From NCBI GenBank assembly GCA_050950505.1, contig JBMNHS010000001.1, positions 608,001-672,000 of the forward strand: a stretch of 64,000 nt of DNA, given 5' to 3'. Positions 29,268 through 40,600 of the stretch are shown piece by piece. A program made the translations under genes and the position numbers. The first letter of the stretch is position 1; every line of letters starts with the position of its first letter. The stretch comes from Candidatus Methanomethylophilaceae archaeon. Its GTDB lineage: Archaea > Thermoplasmatota > Thermoplasmata > Methanomassiliicoccales > Methanomethylophilaceae. Below the pieces are notes generated by a model. It was given only the letters and a program-made list of their open reading frames with translations, did no database searches and had not been told where the DNA came from.

Positions 29268-29854
29268 TATTCACCCCTTATGATTTTCGCGGGATTTCCC
29301 GCGACGGCGACACCGGGAGGCACGTTTTTCGTAACCACGGAGCCTGCTCCGACGACGGAACCCCTTCCCACGGTGACTCCGGGCAGAATGATCGCTCCCG
29401 CCCCGATCCACGCGTCGTCTTCAATAATCACAGGTTCGGATACGGTGCCCAATCTCCTTCTTCCTTCGGGATCTTTCGAATGGTTGGGCGTCACTATCGT
29501 AACGTTGGGTCCGATCATGACATAATCTCCGATGGAAACCGTGTTGGAATCCAGAAAGAAACAGTTGCAGTTGATCATGACGTTTTTTCCCAAATGTACG
29601 TTGAATCCGAGATCGCACCGGAACGGGGGGTTGACAACGGTCATCTCATCAACTTCGCTAAGCAGGATTTTTTCAAGAATATTTCTCAGTTCCTCATCGG
29701 TTCTGACTTTCGGTTCGTTGTATTCCATGCACAGTTTCTTCGCACGTTCCAAAGCCTTGACGAATTCCTCGTGTCCCGGCTCATCGTTATACACTTCTTC
29801 GCAGGCATACACTCTTTCAAAGAAAGTATTCAGTCCGAGGTCTTCGCGTTTCAT
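29267..29854 (-). CDS. sugar O-acetyltransferase (maltose/galactoside, hexapeptide repeats)
   Basis: PPFRCDLG, WIGAGAIILPGVTVG and AGNPAK motifs. Confidence 0.88.
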   Translation of the reverse strand: MKREDLGLNTFFERVYACEEVYNDEPGHEEFVKALERAKKLCMEYNEPKVRTDEELRNILEKILLSEVDEMTVVNPPFRCDLGFNVHLGKNVMINCNCFFLDSNTVSIGDYVMIGPNVTIVTPNHSKDPEGRRRLGTVSEPVIIEDDAWIGAGAIILPGVTVGRGSVVGAGSVVTKNVPPGVAVAGNPAKIIRGE

Positions 29855-29964
29855 GTTATCAGCGCTCTTTGATTTACCGTTCTGTTATAATACGGTTCCA
29901 ATGTATTTATCGATGATAATGATTTAAAAGAATCCGATGATACCGATGAAGGACGGCGGTATTC

Positions 29965-30897
29965 ATCAGCGAACCAATCGAAATACATAATCTCGTTAAA
30001 AAATACGGTTCATTTCATGCGGTGAACAATCTCACTCTGAAAATAAAAAGAGGCAGTTTCACCGGACTCCTGGGCCCCAACGGAGCAGGCAAAAGCACGA
30101 CGCTGAAGATGCTCACCCATCTGATAAAGGCCACATCCGGGGAGGCTTACATAAACGGAGTTGACGTGACCAAAGATCCGAAAGCCGCATTGACGGGAGT
30201 GGGAACCGTCGTGGAAACTCCGGAATTCTACACGTATCTGACTCCTGTGGAAACTTTCAAACTGATCGGGCAGGTCATAGGAATGAATCCCGAATCCATC
30301 TCCGCCGAAACCTCATCGATTCTGGAAACCGTCAAAATGGCGGAATGGCAGGACAAGAAAATAGGAACCTTTTCAAAAGGCATGAGACAAAGAATAGCGC
30401 TGGGTCAGGCATTTCTTGGAGATCCCAACGTAATAATTCTGGACGAACCCACTTCCGGTCTGGATCCGAGGGGAATGGCCGAAATACGGCAGGTTCTCAA
30501 GAACATACGGTCAGGCAGGGACGTCACCGTCGTCATGAGTTCCCACATGTTGCATGAAGTCAGCGACCTCTGCGACAGAGTCGCAATCCTGGATCACGGC
30601 AAACTCGTGTTTGAGGACAGCACCGATGCGGTGTCTTCCGTCACCGGGGCGAGACAGCTCATAATCAAAACAAACAGACAGATCACCGATGCCGAGATCT
30701 CCAGAATATCCGGCTTGTCGGGTGTGTTGAACGCCGTCGGGAACGGAGCGGAAATCAATCTGACCGTGGAATCCGGTTCATTCAGAAATCCGGAATTCTT
30801 CAGAAAGGTCGGGGAATTGGACATCGGGGCATACGGGATGCGGGAAGGCGCTTCGCTGGAATCCACCTATCTCAGTCTTGTGAAGGAGTCGAGATGA
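29965..30897 (+). CDS. ABC transporter ATP-binding protein (start uncertain: ATC at 29965 or GTG at 30022)
   Basis: GPNGAGKS, FSKGMRQR, ILDEPTSGLDP and SSH motifs; domain homology extends upstream of the GTG. Confidence 0.88.
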   Translation: MSEPIEIHNLVKKYGSFHAVNNLTLKIKRGSFTGLLGPNGAGKSTTLKMLTHLIKATSGEAYINGVDVTKDPKAALTGVGTVVETPEFYTYLTPVETFKLIGQVIGMNPESISAETSSILETVKMAEWQDKKIGTFSKGMRQRIALGQAFLGDPNVIILDEPTSGLDPRGMAEIRQVLKNIRSGRDVTVVMSSHMLHEVSDLCDRVAILDHGKLVFEDSTDAVSSVTGARQLIIKTNRQITDAEISRISGLSGVLNAVGNGAEINLTVESGSFRNPEFFRKVGELDIGAYGMREGASLESTYLSLVKESR

Positions 30898-31697
30898 TGT
30901 ACGTAACGGTCGATGATTTCAGACAGGTCGGCGTAATCGCCAAAAACGAATTCCGCAAATTCGTGAGGGGAAGAAAGATTCTGCTTTACATTCTCCTTGT
31001 CGGTTTGATTGTCGCGCTCAACGTCTACTTCCTGAACGGATCTGTTATTTTGGAATATTTCGAATCCATGGACAAAAGCGATTTGGTGCTGTATCTGCAC
31101 ACTTCCAGCGTATCGTTCCTGGTATTGATCGGAGCCGTTCTCTTCGCTTCATACACCATAGTGTCCGAATTCGAAGAAAGAACATACCTTCTTCTGTTCA
31201 CGAGGCCGGTGAAGAAAACGTCGATTTTCGTGGGTAAATTCCTGGCATGTTATGCAATCGTGACAATCATGGTTTTGATATACTACGGAATATCCGCGTT
31301 GCATTCCTTCGCGGTCGCAGGGGCCGTTTCTTCTGCGATGGGATACACGCTGTTTCTGACGCTGATTGATATATTCGCATTGTCCGGCATGGCGATGCTG
31401 TTCAGTACCTTGGTAAAAAGAGGAAGCGTATCCGCACTGATGACTTTCTTTGTGATTCTGATGGTGCCGAGCATAATCCTGGCTCTTATGATATTCAAAG
31501 ATCCTCTGTTGATATCGGAAGGTACTGCGTACCAGTTGGAAAATTACTGGTATCTGATTAACGTTGCCGAATCCGCCATTCCGGAAGTGGTGATGAACAT
31601 CAACCTCAGTCTTGCGATGCCCATACTTTCGATGTTCCTTTGGGGCGCCATTCCGTTGACGGCAGCCTGGGCGGTTTTCCTCAATAAGGAAGTGTGA
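30894..31697 (+). CDS. ABC-2 type permease
   Basis: Six hydrophobic helices; SEFEERT...TRPV...GKF motif. Confidence 0.85.
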   Translation: MMYVTVDDFRQVGVIAKNEFRKFVRGRKILLYILLVGLIVALNVYFLNGSVILEYFESMDKSDLVLYLHTSSVSFLVLIGAVLFASYTIVSEFEERTYLLLFTRPVKKTSIFVGKFLACYAIVTIMVLIYYGISALHSFAVAGAVSSAMGYTLFLTLIDIFALSGMAMLFSTLVKRGSVSALMTFFVILMVPSIILALMIFKDPLLISEGTAYQLENYWYLINVAESAIPEVVMNINLSLAMPILSMFLWGAIPLTAAWAVFLNKEV

Positions 31698-31816
31698 CAG
31701 TCTAGATCGGAATCCGCACCGCGAACTTCCATGGAAAAAATCGTAAGGTTATTCAATGAAAAACAATATTGACTGTTTGCGGCCGATTGATGCGGCCGGT
31801 ATTGGAGAACGAAGAG

Positions 31817-32668
31817 TTGTCTAAGATTCTTATAGCGACCGACGGCAGCAAGGTCAGTGAAGAGATGGTGGATTACGCCCTCGATCTGGCATCCGCCTTG
31901 GAATTCGAAGTTTTTATAGTGTACGTCACCGACGAACCCCTCAGGGAGGACGGCAACGGACAGGATATCGGCAATGACGCAATCCGGTACGCCGTCGAAG
32001 GAGCGGAAAAAAGAGGCGTAAAAGCCAGTTCCGAAATCATTCACGGAGTGCCTGCGGTGGATATCGTGAACAAAGCCAACGAAATCGGGGCAAGAGCAAT
32101 CATCATGGGTTCTTTGGGAAGAACCGGACTTTCAAGGTTATTGGTGGGCAGCGTCGCCGAAAGAGTGATCAAACTTGCCTACGGACCGGTAATCATAGTC
32201 CGCAAGCCCGAACATGAAGAAGGCCACAGAATGGAAAGGATGCTCATTGCCACCGATGGCAGCGAAGCCAATCAGTCCGCCGTGAGAATCGGACTCCGTC
32301 TCGCGGCCCGTCTTCACATGAAAGTTTCCACCATAAGCATAAACGACATCAGGGATGTTCCCAGCACGAACGCTTCCGAAACCTGGGCGTTGCTCAATGA
32401 CATAAGCAAGTCTGCCGTGGCCGACGTAATACATCAGGGACACAAGCTCGGAGTGAACGTGGATCCGATTATCGTGGACGGGGTTCCCCACAAGGAAATC
32501 ACTGAACGTTCCGCGGATCACGACATAGTGGTGATAGGTTCACTCGGACGTTCCGGACTCTCCAAACTGAAAGTGGGAAGCGTCGCCGAGAAAGTCGTTC
32601 GCTATTCAAAGTGTCCTGTGATGGTCGTTAGGGCAACGGATTGCTTCGTGCCCCTGGACCCGTTTTAA
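31817..32668 (+). CDS. tandem universal stress protein (two USP domains)
   Basis: Twice IATDGS...GSLGR.G.....GSVAE.V; start could be ATG at 31790. Confidence 0.9.
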   Translation: MSKILIATDGSKVSEEMVDYALDLASALEFEVFIVYVTDEPLREDGNGQDIGNDAIRYAVEGAEKRGVKASSEIIHGVPAVDIVNKANEIGARAIIMGSLGRTGLSRLLVGSVAERVIKLAYGPVIIVRKPEHEEGHRMERMLIATDGSEANQSAVRIGLRLAARLHMKVSTISINDIRDVPSTNASETWALLNDISKSAVADVIHQGHKLGVNVDPIIVDGVPHKEITERSADHDIVVIGSLGRSGLSKLKVGSVAEKVVRYSKCPVMVVRATDCFVPLDPF

Positions 32669-33084
32669 CCGATTTGTTGTCGAGACCTGTATTTGAACCA
32701 TCCTCTGGTGTTGTCAGTCATAAGGTAAATCAAGATCAACAGTTGGAACACGGCACCGAATATCATTCCCGAGACAAGTCCGGATATCAAAGACAGGACG
32801 GTCATGACAACCGCAAACCACCAGCCCCACATTTTTCCGGAGAACAGCGCTCCGCCGATACTTGCGACTATCAGACCGAGTATGATAAAAATCACGCCAA
32901 TCACGGTTGCGCCCATATCAAAAGAAAAATCCAGTTCTTCCATCAGACCCTCGGGCATTCCCATGATAACGGTCACGGCTCCGACCAACATCACGGATAC
33001 TCCGGCAATTATCTCCAAGACCGCGACAAGGGTCAGCAGGATCGGCCGTCTGTAAAATCTCTGATCATAGCTTCTGTCGTTCAT
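32665..33084 (-). CDS. hypothetical 4-TM membrane protein
   Basis: RP..LT.VA..., G..WGW and LIYL....R.WF pattern. Confidence 0.75.
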   Translation of the reverse strand: MNDRSYDQRFYRRPILLTLVAVLEIIAGVSVMLVGAVTVIMGMPEGLMEELDFSFDMGATVIGVIFIILGLIVASIGGALFSGKMWGWWFAVVMTVLSLISGLVSGMIFGAVFQLLILIYLMTDNTRGWFKYRSRQQIG

Positions 33085-33405
33085 CAGAGGCTTATTGCAT
33101 TTGAAATATTAATTGATTCATTGTTTTGAATACTGCAAACGTGTTCTGTTCCGTATTCTGTGTCCTTTTTCTGGCCGGCAAGGATTTCCCATTTGGGCGT
33201 TGATAAAATAACTATTTATAGAAGTATTACTCAACTCCATATCAAGGGAGTCAAGGTGACCACCGTAAACGAAGATTTCGGAAGGGGACGGTGCCTCCGC
33301 GCCTCTTCGGTCACCTTCTCCAATTCTCCGTATGTTTTCCAAAGGGAGCGGGGCGCATCCGTCATGACGGGAACCTTCTCGAAGAAAACCTTTTTATCTG
33401 AAACA

Positions 33406-33429
33406 AGTTATTGACATATGTCAGAAACT
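33406..33429. promoter_or_regulatory. operator palindrome AGTT-AT-TGACATATGTCA-GA-AACT upstream of the DUF134 operon
   Basis: Perfect 12-bp core at 33412-33423, just downstream of TATA-like TTTTTATC (33391). Confidence 0.65.
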
Positions 33430-33493
33430 ATGACACTTCGAACCGTACGCCGACAGGTTGCGGAAAGAAACAATCAACGAAGAGGAACAACCG

Positions 33494-33880
33494 ATGTCAC
33501 GTCCCAAAAAATGGAGAAACGTCTGCCGTTTGCCCTGCAACATGCATTACGGCCCTTTGGACGAGATTCCCGAAACCCGGGAAGCCATTATCATGACCGT
33601 CGAGGAGTATGAAACCATACGCCTGATAGATCACATGGGGTTGATTCAGGAAGAATGCGCCGAACGCATGGAAGTCGCAAGGACCACCGTGCAGAGCATT
33701 TACAGCGACGCCAGGAAAAAAATTGCGGATTCACTGGTCTCGGGTTCCCCGCTGGTCATAGAAGGCGGCCGTTACAAAGTATGCGAACACAGCGAAGGCT
33801 GTCAAAGACGCAAATCCTGCAGACGCAGGGCGCATGAACAAAATGAAAACGATTCAAAAGCAGAAGAGGCGAAATTATGA
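33494..33880 (+). CDS. DUF134 family DNA-binding protein
   Basis: MSRPKK.R and [32 protein letters not shown] motifs. Confidence 0.9.
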   Translation: MSRPKKWRNVCRLPCNMHYGPLDEIPETREAIIMTVEEYETIRLIDHMGLIQEECAERMEVARTTVQSIYSDARKKIADSLVSGSPLVIEGGRYKVCEHSEGCQRRKSCRRRAHEQNENDSKAEEAKL

Positions 33881-34242
33881 AAATTGCAGTACCAGTCATC
33901 AATGATTCAGACAATCCGGAAATAGCTCAACAGCTCGGAAGGGCACCGTTTTACATGGTGTACGACACCGAGGCGAAGACCTCCGAAAAGATCGTCAATC
34001 CCGCTCAGGACAGTCCGTCCGGCGCCGGCGTGAAAGCCGCTCAGACCATAGTCAACACAGGATCAGCGGTTTTGCTGACGATAAGATGCGGCGACAAAGC
34101 ATACGAGGTTCTGAACGGAGCCGGCGTGAAGGTTATGGAGGCCTTTGTCGGATCCGCAATGGACAACATTAACGCATACGAGGAAGGAAAGATGTCCGAA
34201 TTGGAAACGATTCATTCCGGACATCACGGAAAAGGGGCCTGA
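33877..34242 (+). CDS. NifB/NifX family Fe-Mo cofactor-binding protein
   Basis: MKIAVP, GRAP, NP....GAG and CGDKA motifs. Confidence 0.85.
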   Translation: MKIAVPVINDSDNPEIAQQLGRAPFYMVYDTEAKTSEKIVNPAQDSPSGAGVKAAQTIVNTGSAVLLTIRCGDKAYEVLNGAGVKVMEAFVGSAMDNINAYEEGKMSELETIHSGHHGKGA

Positions 34243-34246
34243 TGTC

Positions 34247-35083
34247 ATGAACATCGCGGTGCTCAGCGGCAAGGGCGGCACCGGCAAGACGATGGTATCG
34301 GTCAATCTTGCAACCGTGGCCGGACCCTCCGTTTACATCGACTGTGATGTGGAAGAACCGAACGGTCATCTGTATCTCCGACCCGAGGACGTCGAACGGG
34401 AAGCCGTCGACGTCCTTGTCCCCAAATCGGATCCCGATAAGTGCGACGGATGCATGAGGTGCGTGGAGTTTTGCAGGTTCAACGCACTGGCATACACTTT
34501 GGACAGACTCACGGTGTTCACGGAAATGTGTCATTCCTGCGGAGGATGCAAAGTCATCTGTCCGAAGGATGCCATAACGGAATACCCACGGACGATAGGA
34601 TATGTGGAATCCGGCAAATCGGACAATGTTAAAATTCATACCGGAATCATGAACATCGGCGAAGTGGCCGGAATTCCGATAATAAACAGATTGTTGGAAA
34701 AGATCCCGGAGTCCGGAAATGTGTTCATTGACTGCCCTCCGGGCAGTTCCTGTTCGGTCATGGAAAGCATCAAGGACGCGGATTTCTGCGTACTTGTTTC
34801 CGAACCCACGGTGTTCGGGGCCCACAATCTCAACATGGTCACGGAATTGGTGACGGTGTTCGGAAAACCTTTCGGAGTCATACTGAACAAAGACATAGAA
34901 GGAGAAAGAAACCCCTCGGAAGAATACTGCATTGAAAACAATCTGAAAATTCTGGGAAGAATTCCTTTTGATAAAGAATTGGGACTGCTTAGTTCGGAAG
35001 CCGTAATCGCAGCACGCGAAAATCCGAAGTTCAGAAATCTGTTCACCGAAATATTCAACAATATCAGAGAGGCGGCCTTATGA
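34247..35083 (+). CDS. MinD-like P-loop ATPase with inserted ferredoxin (COG1149-type)
   Basis: SGKGGTGKT, DCDVEEPN, two CxxCxxCxxxC, DCPPG and EPTVFG motifs. Confidence 0.88.
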   Translation: MNIAVLSGKGGTGKTMVSVNLATVAGPSVYIDCDVEEPNGHLYLRPEDVEREAVDVLVPKSDPDKCDGCMRCVEFCRFNALAYTLDRLTVFTEMCHSCGGCKVICPKDAITEYPRTIGYVESGKSDNVKIHTGIMNIGEVAGIPIINRLLEKIPESGNVFIDCPPGSSCSVMESIKDADFCVLVSEPTVFGAHNLNMVTELVTVFGKPFGVILNKDIEGERNPSEEYCIENNLKILGRIPFDKELGLLSSEAVIAARENPKFRNLFTEIFNNIREAAL

Positions 35084-35958
35084 AACAACTGCTGATTCTC
35101 AGCGGAAAGGGTGGTACGGGAAAAACAACGGTCGCCGGTGCGATAATCCGTCTGGCACAGGTCCTTGCCTGTGCCGACTGTGACGTGGATGCACCCAACC
35201 TGCATCTGATACTGAATCATGAGGGGGACGGGGAAAGAAAGGATTATTTCGGACTTCCAAAAGCATTCATCGATCAGAACGCCTGCACCATGTGCGGCCG
35301 GTGTTCGGAGATGTGCCGTTTCAACGCCGTGGATGTGGGAGAATGCACGGTTGTCAACGGTTTCGCCTGCGAAGGCTGCGGACTCTGCGAAGCAATCTGT
35401 CCGGAGAACGCGATTGAAATGCAGGCGGTTGCGGCGGGAGATCTCAGATTGTTCAAAGATGAAGAGAAAGGAGTGTTCTCCACCGCCCAGCTCAGAATGG
35501 GCAACGGAACGTCGGGGCTGTTGGTGACTCAGGTCAAAAATCAACTGAAAAACGCAGCGGCGCACCTGGGATTTGCGGTGATAGACGGTTCTCCCGGCAT
35601 CGGATGTCCCGTCATAGCATCACTCTCCGGAGCGGACATGGTGCTCGTGGTGACTGAACCGTCCATGTCGGGATTCAGCGACATGGAAAGAATCCTGGAT
35701 ACTGCAAAAGGACTCAGGGCGGATACGGCGGTATGCGTCAACAAAGCCGACCTCAATCCGAAAATAACGGAAAAAATAAAAATCCGTTGCGAAGAGAGGA
35801 ACGTGCCTTATGTCGGGGAAATCCCTTACGATTCCATTGCCGTCAAAGCCGTCAACGACGGCCTGACCGTGGCGGACGTGAAATGTCCCGCGGGCGATGC
35901 GGTCCGTGATATATTCCATAACGTAATGGAAGTCTTCGACGGGAGGCGCCGAGTATGA
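35080..35958 (+). CDS. MinD-like P-loop ATPase with inserted ferredoxin, paralog
   Basis: SGKGGTGKT, DCDVDAPN, two CxxCxxCxxxC and DGSPGIGCP motifs. Confidence 0.88.
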   Translation: MKQLLILSGKGGTGKTTVAGAIIRLAQVLACADCDVDAPNLHLILNHEGDGERKDYFGLPKAFIDQNACTMCGRCSEMCRFNAVDVGECTVVNGFACEGCGLCEAICPENAIEMQAVAAGDLRLFKDEEKGVFSTAQLRMGNGTSGLLVTQVKNQLKNAAAHLGFAVIDGSPGIGCPVIASLSGADMVLVVTEPSMSGFSDMERILDTAKGLRADTAVCVNKADLNPKITEKIKIRCEERNVPYVGEIPYDSIAVKAVNDGLTVADVKCPAGDAVRDIFHNVMEVFDGRRRV

Positions 35959-36773
35959 AAGTATACGTATTGGTTGACAACACATCTGTCCCCGGAGGCC
36001 CCGAAGGGGAACACGGACTCAGTTTGTTCATTGAATCCGGAAAACACAAGATAGTGTTCGATACGGGTCAGGGCGAAAGATTCCTCCGTAATGCGGAAAA
36101 GATGAACGTCAATCTTTCCGACGCACAGGCCGCCGTCATATCCCACGGTCATTACGATCACGGAGGCGGAATTGAACATTTTATCGAAATAAACAAAACT
36201 GCCCCGGTTTACGTCCACAGGGACGCCTTCAAGCCCCATCTGGCATTCAGAGGCGGAAAATACACGGACATAGGAATCAATCCGGATTTGAAGAACAATG
36301 CCCGGACGGTACTTACCGACGGCATCACGGAAATCGCGGAAGAATTGATTCTTTTCAGCGGAACGGAGAACAGGTATCCTCTTCCCCCGGGCAATGAAAA
36401 TCTGTTGACGGGACCGACAGAAAACCCATATCCGGACAAATTCGAACATGAGCAGAATCTGATAATCAAGGAAGACGGAAAAACCGTCCTGATTACCGGA
36501 TGCTCCCATCGCGGAATCGCAAACATAGTCACCGGAGCCAAGGAAATTCTCGGAAAGTTTCCGGATATTGTAATCGGAGGATTCCATCTCCGTGCAAGAC
36601 CGGGAAACAAAGAGGATTTATCCCACATCCGCAGGACCTCCGAGGTTCTTTCGGAGACAGGAGCCAAATTCTACACGGGCCATTGCACCGAAGAATCGGC
36701 TTATGAAACAATGAAAGAAGTATTGAAAGAAAACATTGGAAAAATGGGAACCGGGAACATACTGGTACCTTAA
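35955..36773 (+). CDS. MBL-fold metallohydrolase (COG1237-type)
   Basis: EHGLS, FDTG, SHGHYDHGGG, GCSHRG, GGFHL and GHCT motifs. Confidence 0.88.
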   Translation: MKVYVLVDNTSVPGGPEGEHGLSLFIESGKHKIVFDTGQGERFLRNAEKMNVNLSDAQAAVISHGHYDHGGGIEHFIEINKTAPVYVHRDAFKPHLAFRGGKYTDIGINPDLKNNARTVLTDGITEIAEELILFSGTENRYPLPPGNENLLTGPTENPYPDKFEHEQNLIIKEDGKTVLITGCSHRGIANIVTGAKEILGKFPDIVIGGFHLRARPGNKEDLSHIRRTSEVLSETGAKFYTGHCTEESAYETMKEVLKENIGKMGTGNILVP

Positions 36774-36825
36774 AACTTATTAAAAAACAAAAAATCAAAC
36801 CCATAGAGAGACAAGGAGAAAAAAA

Positions 36826-37182
36826 ATGAGAATATTTGTGGCAAGCGACGGAGAACAGGTGACCCAGCATTTCGGTCACTGCAGATACTTCAGGGCGTAC
36901 GACGCAGAGAACAACACCATCGTGGATTCCAGGGTTATAGAAAATCCCGGACACAAACCCGGATTCCTTCCGGTGTTTCTGAAGGAACACGGTGCGGACG
37001 TAATCATATCGGGAGGTATGGGCGCGGCGGCAATCGATCTGTTCAATCAGAACGGAATAGAAGTGATCGTAGGAGCCTCAGGGGATGCCAAAGCGGCGGC
37101 GGAAGCCTTTTTGGCCGGAGATTTGGAATCCACCGGTGATGTATGCAGAGAGCATATGCATCACGACGAATGCGGTCACTGA
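36826..37182 (+). CDS. NifB/NifX family protein with His/Cys tail
   Basis: QHFGHC, NPGHKPG, GGMG and CREHMHH motifs. Confidence 0.87.
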   Translation: MRIFVASDGEQVTQHFGHCRYFRAYDAENNTIVDSRVIENPGHKPGFLPVFLKEHGADVIISGGMGAAAIDLFNQNGIEVIVGASGDAKAAAEAFLAGDLESTGDVCREHMHHDECGH

Positions 37183-37690
37183 ACGAAAAATAAAACCATG
37201 ACACAATGCACAGTGCGGATCGGAAGCCTGATGATTTTTACGTCATCGGACATCCGCCGCACCGTGCACAATTCCATAGTCGGTGTTTCGGCACAGAACC
37301 AACTCGACAGTGTCGACGGTGCACACTTCTTGCCGATGCACCATAAAAGCAAACCACCGGTCACCGTAATTTGAAACAATCGGGAAATTTCATGATTTCC
37401 AAAGAAACACGGCTCAGACGCATCCGTTTTTGAGAACCTCAATCCATTGTGCGCATTCCGTGAATATACCCCCTCATTCCGAGAATAAGATATAAAAATG
37501 AAAATGTATACATACATGCGGCCGTACGATTCGACGACCATGTTCGGGATGTTTCACATTCTGAATAAAGGCAATCGATGCGACGGTTCCGATAAACGAT
37601 ATATATATAGATACAGCAGTCATTAAATTTGCGTCGGAGATTGTTTTGGAAGCATAACTACAATAAGGTTGTTTCAAAAAGGGGTCAGTA

Positions 37691-40600
37691 ATGGAAAGGT
37701 TGGATAAATTAGGACTCGGGATATGGTTCGTATCACTGTTGCTCGTATCGGCAATGGTAGTGCTGGACGGCACAGACGAAGATTCGGACCCGGAAGATCC
37801 CATCGAATATCCGGTCGTCGGAGGCAACGGAGGCATATGGGACAGACCCTTTGATGAATTCATTGTAACTATAAAGGCGGATTGTTCAAAATTCACGGGC
37901 TTAAAAATCAACGGATTTCCGGTTGATGAATCCAATTATACCATATCGTCAGGAAGCGCAGTAATCACCCTGAAACCCGATTATCTCCGGACGCTCAGTG
38001 ACGGGACGCATTCTTTGGAATTTTTGTTCAATGACGGAAACGCATCCATGACTTTGACGGTATCCGTCGAGGCTAAAATATTGAAAATCGAGGAACTTGA
38101 ATCGCTCCTCGCCGATTACGACAAAGACGATTACAGCGAAGAGGACTGGACGTCTCTGGTTGATTTCATAACCGCGGCGAAACTGGAAATCGTAAATCTC
38201 GAAGACGTATCGGAAGTGGAAACATTCGACATCGGTAATGTAAAGACCGAATGCGACGACGTAAGAACATTGGCGGAAATAAAGGAATCCTTTTTGGACG
38301 AGTTGCAGAACAGGATTGACGGGCTGAACGGAACCGATGGTTTCAACATCACTTTGAACGGCGAAGATCTGACGGTGGAATCGGAAAATACCGCGGATGT
38401 TCCGGACATTCTTGATGCAATATCGGATTTGGCCGACATATTGGAGAATCTTTTCGGTACGAATGCCAAGCTGACCGTCAACGGCAAAGATTTTATTCTG
38501 GGCGATGTGAACCTTACAGAACTGGCCGAGGCACTTCTTGAAGATTCGGACGACGGTCTTCCGGACGGAAAAGAAATCGACGCCGAATACGCAGTATCCG
38601 TCCGATATGAAAACGTCAATATCGGTCTCAATGGCATTCTGAGTCTTTACGCCATTTGGAACATCAACCAGTACACCATAACATTTGACACCGACGGAGG
38701 TTCTTCCGTCGACTCCATCAAACAGGATTACGGCACGTCGGTGAAGGCTCCGGCAGGCCCGACCAGAACTGGATACTCCTTCGCGGGCTGGAACCCGGCG
38801 ATTCCGGAAACCATGCCGGCGGAGAACATCACGATAACCGCACAATGGTCGGTCAACCAATACACCATAACCTTCGATTCCGCAGGAGGAACCGACGTCG
38901 ATCCCATCAAACAGGATTACGGCACGTCGGTGAAGGCTCCGGCAGACCCGACCAGAACTGGATACACCTTCGCGGGCTGGAACCCGGCGATTCCGGAAAC
39001 CATGCCGGCGGAGAACATCACGATAACCGCAGAATGGTCGATCAACCAATACACCATAACCTTCGATTCCGCAGGAGGAACCGACGTCGATCCCATCAAA
39101 CAGGATTACGGCACGTCGGTGACGGCTCCGGCAGACCCGACCAGAACGGGATACACCTTCGTGGAATGGGATACGGAAATACCGGCAAAGATGCCCGCGA
39201 CGGACATGACCGTAACCGCAGTCTGGAAAATTAACCAATATACCATAACCTTCGATAACAACGGAGGCGCCGGAACGATACCTGCGGTTGATAAGGACTT
39301 CGAAGAGACCGTCACTGTCCCGGCCTACGGATTCACCAAGATTGGATATACTCAGATCGGCTGGAACACCGCCGCCGACGGCTCGGGAACGTCTTACGAA
39401 AAGGACGGAACCTTCGACATGCCCGCAGACGACATCACACTGTATGCCGTCTGGAAAATCAACCAATACACCATAACCTTCGATTCCGCAGGAGGAACCG
39501 ACGTCGACTCCATCGAACAGGATTACGGCACGTCGGTGACGGCTCCGGCAGACCCGACCAGAACGGGATACACCTTCGTGGAATGGGATACGGAAATACC
39601 GGCAAAGATGCCCGCGACGGACATGACCGTAACCGCAGTCTGGAAAATTAACCAATATACCATAACCTTCGATAACAACGGAGGCGCCGGAACGATACCT
39701 GCGGTTGATAAGGACTTCGAAGAGACCGTCACTGTCCCGGCCTACGGATTCACCAAGATTGGATATACTCAGATCGGCTGGAACACCGCCGCCGACGGCT
39801 CGGGAACGTCTTACGAAAAGGACGGAACCTTCGACATGCCCGCAGACGACATCACACTGTATGCCGTCTGGAAAATCAACCGGTACACCATAACCTTCGA
39901 TTCCGCAGGAGGAACCGACGTCGATCCCATCAAACAGGATTACGGCACGTCGGTGACGGCTCCGGCAGACCCGACCAGAACGGGATACACCTTCGTGGAA
40001 TGGGATACGGAAATACCGGCAAAGATGCCCGCGACGGACATGACCGTAACCGCAGTCTGGAAAATTAACCAATATACCATAACCTTCGATAACAACGGAG
40101 GCGCCGGAACGATACCTGCGGTTGATAAGGACTTCGAAGAGACCGTCACTGTCCCGGCCTACGGATTCACCAAGATTGGATATACTCAGATCGGCTGGAA
40201 CACCGCCGCCGACGGCTCGGGAACGTCTTACGAAAAGGACGGAACCTTCGACATGCCCGCAGACGACATCACACTGTATGCCGTCTGGAAAATCAACCGG
40301 TACACCATAACCTTCGATTCCGCAGGAGGAACCGACGTCGACTCCATCGAACAGGATTACGGCACGTCGGTGACGGCTCCGGCAGACCCGACCAGAACGG
40401 GATACACCTTCGTGGAATGGGATACGGAAATACCGGCAAAGATGCCCGCGACGGACATGACCGTAACCGCAGTCTGGAAAATTAACCAATATACCATAAC
40501 CTTCGATAACAACGGAGGCGCCGGAACGATACCTGCGGTTGATAAGGACTTCGAAGAGACCGTCACTGTCCCGGCCTACGGATTCACCAAGATTGGATAT

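Noticed and set aside
37228-37262. CTGATGA as a hammerhead ribozyme core
   Set aside because: No stem II followed by GAAA; the motif is itself paired within a hairpin
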